From Candidatus Poribacteria bacterium (GTDB lineage: Bacteria; Poribacteria; WGA-4E; WGA-3G), in NCBI GenBank assembly GCA_965198235.1, contig OZ240248.1, forward strand, positions 2,144,001-2,208,000: a DNA stretch of 64,000 bases. Reading direction: 5' to 3'. Position 1 is the stretch's first letter. The number at the start of each line of letters is the position of its first letter. The notes under the pieces are model-generated. The model was not told the DNA's origin. It searched no databases and was given only the letters and a program-made list of their open reading frames with translations. Made by a program: the position numbers and the translations under genes. This document shows, piece by piece, positions 59,810 to 64,000 of this stretch.

Positions 59810-62800
59810 ATGACTCTTCAAGAAATAATTTTAGCGTTAGAGAAATTTTGGGCAGATCACGGGTGCATCATCCAGCAACCCTGCGATATAGAAGTCGGCG
59901 CAGGCACATTTAACCCTGCAACATTTTTGCGATGCCTCGGTCCGGAGCCGTGGCGAGTCGCGTACGTAGAGCCTGTGCGGCGTCCGACCGATGGCAGATA
60001 CGCAGAAAACCCTTTCCGTGTCGGGGCATATTACCAATATCAGGTGATACTGAAACCTGCCCCTGAGAATGTGCTTCCCCTCTATCTTGAAAGCCTCTAT
60101 AGTCTCGGTATCTCTCCCCGCAAAAACGACATCCGATTTGTAGAAGACGACTGGGAATCACCGACACTCGGTGCCTCTGGACTCGGCTGGGAGGTCTGGT
60201 GGAACGGCGCAGAAGTCACACAATTTACCTACTTCCAACAGATGGGAAGCATAGACCTTGATCCCATTTGTGCTGAGATTACTTATGGGCTTGAACGCAT
60301 CGCGCTCTACTTGCAAGATGTCGATGACTTTTTTGAGATTCGCTGGAACGAACATCTCAATTACGGTGATGTCCACCGGCAGAGCGAAGTGGAGTACTCG
60401 ACTTACAACTTCGAGCGTGCGAATGTAGACATGCTTTTTGAGTTGTTTAGCACTTATGAGAAGGAGACCCATGCATGCTTAGATGCCGGGTTAGTGCTAC
60501 CTGCCACCGATCATGTCTTAAAATGCTCGCATACCTTCAACATGTTGGACGCACGCGGTGTCATCAGCGTCACGGAGCGGGTGAGTTACATTGAACGCGT
60601 CCGGCGGCTTGCACAACGGATAGCACGCGCGTATGTCAAACAGCGTGAAGAGATGGAACACCCGCTTCTCGGAAAATGGGCTGCGGTAGGAGGGATTTGT
60701 AATCCCGACTCTTCTGAAATGCAAGAAGATGAGACCATTATACAAGAAACCGCTGACCTCCTATTTGAAATCGGCACAGAAGAGATACCAGCAAGTTATG
60801 TCCCGCCTGTCCTTGAACAGTTACGCGAGATTGCGACCGAATCCCTTACGAACCACAGAGTACCGTTTGGCGAAGTTGAAACACTCGGCACACCGCGTCG
60901 TATCACACTCAGTATCAAAGACGTAAAGACGCTTCAGGAAAGCCAAGAGACAGAAGTCGTGGGACCACCAAAACGTATCGCCTACGATGAGAACGGCGAA
61001 CCGACAAAGGCGGCAATCGGTTTCGCAAAGACACAGGGGGTTGAACTCACCGCACTCCGCATCGTTGAAACCGAACGAGGGGAGTACGTCGCTGCTTCCA
61101 AACTCGAAACGGGAGTCCCGATACGAGAGATCTTAGGAACACTGTTAACTGAATGGATCGAAGCACTCCGTTTTCCGAAAACCATGCGCTGGGAAACGGA
61201 ATCCGAGGAACCGCGGGCGTTCGCGCGCTTTGCGCGTCCTATCCGCTGGCTCGTGGCGTTACTGGGAGATTCGGTTGTCGATTGCACTTACGGTGCGGCA
61301 CACGCAGGACGGTTAACCTACGGGCATCGCTCCTTGCATCCTGAACCGATAACTTTAACTTCTGCTGAATTAAATACTTATGTTGAAAAACTGCGCGCTG
61401 TTGGTGTCATCGTCTGCCCGAAAGAGCGCAGGAACACAATCGAAAAACAGGTGAGAGACGTTTTAGAGGTCGAGGGATGCCTTCCAAAACTGGATGAAAA
61501 ATTGCTGGATACAGTGAACTATCTCGTGGAAAACCCACAACCGATCGTCGGCAATTTTAGTGAATCGCATTTGGAAATACCGTCTGAAGTGCTGATTACC
61601 GCGATGAAGACACATCAACGCTATTTTCCGATGTGGAAAGCGGAAGCACGCCATCACGATGATAGTGATCGCGTGACCTCCGAAAGTGAGTCCGTACTCG
61701 CCGCGAAGTTTATTACAATTTCCAACGGGACAGACGGCAATATTGACGGCGTTCGGCACGGGAATGAGCGCGTCCTCCGCGCAAGACTCAACGATGCCGA
61801 GTTCTTCTACAGCGAAGACCAGAAAACCAGCCTCACCGATAAAGTCGAACGTTTAGGTAAGGTTGTCTTCCACGCGAAACTCGGTTCACTCTTGGATAAA
61901 GCAGAACGGCTTAAAGCGTTAGTTCAGTTCATCAGTGCGGAATTGCGAGTGTCGGAAGCAACCACCCGTCATGCAGAACGCGCAGCGTGGCTCTGTAAAG
62001 CAGATCTGACGACGCATATGGTTATCGAATTCCCGTCATTGCAGGGAATTACGGGGAGATATTACGCACAAAACAGTGGAGAAGCGGCACCTGTTGCGAC
62101 TGCGATTGCTGAGCATTACCAACCGCTCGGTGCCAATACACCGCTACCCGAAACCGAAGTCGGTGGGCTTGTTGCCATTGCCGATAAACTCGACACTATT
62201 GTCGGATACTTCGGTATAGAAGAACGCCCCACAGGTTCGCAAGACCCGTACTCGTTAAGACGGCATGCCCTCGGCACAATCCGAATCCTCCAAGACTGGA
62301 AGCTGCCGATCTCGTTAGATGCTGTTGTCGAAAAAGCGATCTCCCTCTATACTGTCGAATTAGCCGATGATACACGAGCGAGTGTCCTTAACTTCATCAA
62401 AGAACGCCTACGCGTTATCTTGCTGCAGACACATCAATATGCTCCAGATCTTGCCGATGCTGTCTTGGCGGTTGGTGCCGTTGACATCATCGATATTCTC
62501 AAACGCGCCAGCACACTTGCCGAATTTCGCTTGACACCAAATTTTGAGGAAGTGTATAATGCACTCAATCGGGTCCTGAGAATTTTACCGCCGGATGCAC
62601 CAGAAACTGTAGACGCTACGCTCCTATGCGACGATGCTGAAAAGCAGTTGTCCGCCTGTATCACTGAGGCGGAGCTGGGTTTCCAGCAGAGCATTCAGGA
62701 ACGCGACTACGCTAAATTGCTGACGCAACTTGCCGCTTTACAACCCGCAATAGACACATTCTTTGATGATGTTTTGGTTATGGCGGAGGAACCAGCACTG

Positions 62801-62890
62801 CGCACGAATCGATTGGGATTATTGAACCGAATCGGACAGAATATCTATGCGGTCGCGGACCTGACGAAACTCGTAATCGCTGGGAATTAA
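59810..62890 (+). CDS. glyQS: Fused glycine--tRNA ligase alpha/beta
   Basis: GlyQ motifs ([27 protein letters not shown]) in frame with GlyS motifs ([23 protein letters not shown]). Confidence 0.95.
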   Translation: MTLQEIILALEKFWADHGCIIQQPCDIEVGAGTFNPATFLRCLGPEPWRVAYVEPVRRPTDGRYAENPFRVGAYYQYQVILKPAPENVLPLYLESLYSLGISPRKNDIRFVEDDWESPTLGASGLGWEVWWNGAEVTQFTYFQQMGSIDLDPICAEITYGLERIALYLQDVDDFFEIRWNEHLNYGDVHRQSEVEYSTYNFERANVDMLFELFSTYEKETHACLDAGLVLPATDHVLKCSHTFNMLDARGVISVTERVSYIERVRRLAQRIARAYVKQREEMEHPLLGKWAAVGGICNPDSSEMQEDETIIQETADLLFEIGTEEIPASYVPPVLEQLREIATESLTNHRVPFGEVETLGTPRRITLSIKDVKTLQESQETEVVGPPKRIAYDENGEPTKAAIGFAKTQGVELTALRIVETERGEYVAASKLETGVPIREILGTLLTEWIEALRFPKTMRWETESEEPRAFARFARPIRWLVALLGDSVVDCTYGAAHAGRLTYGHRSLHPEPITLTSAELNTYVEKLRAVGVIVCPKERRNTIEKQVRDVLEVEGCLPKLDEKLLDTVNYLVENPQPIVGNFSESHLEIPSEVLITAMKTHQRYFPMWKAEARHHDDSDRVTSESESVLAAKFITISNGTDGNIDGVRHGNERVLRARLNDAEFFYSEDQKTSLTDKVERLGKVVFHAKLGSLLDKAERLKALVQFISAELRVSEATTRHAERAAWLCKADLTTHMVIEFPSLQGITGRYYAQNSGEAAPVATAIAEHYQPLGANTPLPETEVGGLVAIADKLDTIVGYFGIEERPTGSQDPYSLRRHALGTIRILQDWKLPISLDAVVEKAISLYTVELADDTRASVLNFIKERLRVILLQTHQYAPDLADAVLAVGAVDIIDILKRASTLAEFRLTPNFEEVYNALNRVLRILPPDAPETVDATLLCDDAEKQLSACITEAELGFQQSIQERDYAKLLTQLAALQPAIDTFFDDVLVMAEEPALRTNRLGLLNRIGQNIYAVADLTKLVIAGN

Positions 62891-63019
62891 AAAAGTTAAG
62901 GTTTTTAATTTATTGCTCCTGGGCCGCTCTCCATTCCATTACGAGCGGGTTTCCGATTAGTTTTTACTGGGTTTGGGGATTTTGACTTTCTTTTATTTTT
63001 GAAGCATTAAACCAAAACG

Positions 63020-63109
63020 GTAGCCTGCAACATCGGCGCAGGCGGATATACGCCGAGGATCCTTCTTCATTCAACACGCTTGACCGAACCGCAAGGAAAA
63101 ATTAAAAAA
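63020..63109 (+). repeat. ~90-bp dispersed element ending GACCGAACCGCAAGGAAAATTAAAAA
   Basis: Other copies at ~40697-40785 and ~45698-45830. Confidence 0.75.
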
Positions 63110-64000
63110 TGAAGCAACACCTCTTATGTAATATATTGAAAATTTGTATCCATCTCTCACTCATTGTCGCTACTGTCTTCGTGATAGGGTGTGGTGAGAA
63201 AGAGAACAGGGATATTATTGAAGCGCGAGCCGCTATTGTTCGCGGAGATTATGCTGCCGCACAAGTGGCGGTTCAGAAAACAGACGCTGGGAATCAGGAG
63301 GCGCGACATCTGAAGGCTTTCTTACAAAACCGGACGCGCACCGAGACAGAAAGTTGGCACCAAGCGATTGCACAATCAAACGCTTACCTTGAAACGCTGG
63401 CGGTAGACATCCTCGCTATCTCGTTGCAGGAAGATCCGGATTCTGACGAACTTGATCGGCAAGAAAGACTTGTCCGCTCGCAGAACTCCATCTCTGGACT
63501 CTTCGCTGTGTCGCTTGCTGAAGCAGTCGAAAAGCGCGCAGAATTGCTCTCTGAACTCGTAGCGCATGCGGATGCTGCTGTCGTTATAGGGCTCTTGGCC
63601 GCGAAAAAGTGCTATCAACCTAACGCGCTCGCAGTGGTCTCGAAACTCACAACAAAACTCGGAAATGGAGAGGCAGTTGTTGAACTCTTACGGCAGGCGG
63701 TGCACCATAAAGATACAGCCATACAAAAAGAGGCAGTCCGTTATCTCGGTGCGATACGAAACCCTGAACTCATCCCAATTTTTGAAGAAGTTCTCGCCGA
63801 AACGAAGAATGCCCCTGAGGTCGCCTATAGAGCAATTATCGCACTTGAACAATCAATAGGTTCGGTTGCTGAAAGTGCAGCCATTGTGTCGGGACTCCAA
63901 CTCGCGCTCAGAAACAACAGCGCGCAGGTACGGATGCACGCTGCTAAACTCCTCGGGAGCATCCAAGCGGAAATGGCTGTTCCCGATCTCGTCCGGCTTC
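63109..64000 (+). CDS. HEAT-repeat lipoprotein (runs off the window; absent from the ORF track)
   Basis: Hand translation MKQHLL..VIGC lipobox; IQKEAVRYLG, VRMHAAKLLG..AVPDLV HEAT repeats; open to the end. Confidence 0.8.
   Translation, partial: MKQHLLCNILKICIHLSLIVATVFVIGCGEKENRDIIEARAAIVRGDYAAAQVAVQKTDAGNQEARHLKAFLQNRTRTETESWHQAIAQSNAYLETLAVDILAISLQEDPDSDELDRQERLVRSQNSISGLFAVSLAEAVEKRAELLSELVAHADAAVVIGLLAAKKCYQPNALAVVSKLTTKLGNGEAVVELLRQAVHHKDTAIQKEAVRYLGAIRNPELIPIFEEVLAETKNAPEVAYRAIIALEQSIGSVAESAAIVSGLQLALRNNSAQVRMHAAKLLGSIQAEMAVPDLVRL

Overview
64 kb of a free-living or symbiotic diderm bacterium, most likely Candidatus Poribacteria. That is an inference from the WD40/dockerin/'YPNPFNPETWIP' secreted protein, multiple PhyH, Ldh_2 and sulfatase genes, and the dense short-repeat landscape. 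Housekeeping genes (iscS, lpoB, thrS, tRNA-Gly/Cys/Val, argJ, phoH-ybeY-corC, tRNA-Pro-recO, fused glyQS) alternate with accessory segments. These are: (1) a TnpB-only IS200/IS605 element with intact RuvC residues, an omega-RNA right end and a strongly structured, probably pseudoknotted 5' leader; (2) three tandem paralogous novel lipoproteins; (3) a TonB-receptor / large secreted protein / PorV-like triad split by a ~6 kb toxin-antitoxin-rich insert; (4) a candidate defence island (His-rich hypothetical + DUF1828-like gene + nuclease-MTase fusion + specificity subunit + frameshifted HNH gene) hit by three IS elements, two of them nested, all with readable TIRs and TSDs. Several intergenic repeat families recur, and three of them are also found in frame inside protein-coding genes, including at the GlyQ-GlyS fusion junction. 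Several genes survive only as fragments, two of them as fused N- and C-termini. All family calls come from motifs read by eye; no searches were run.
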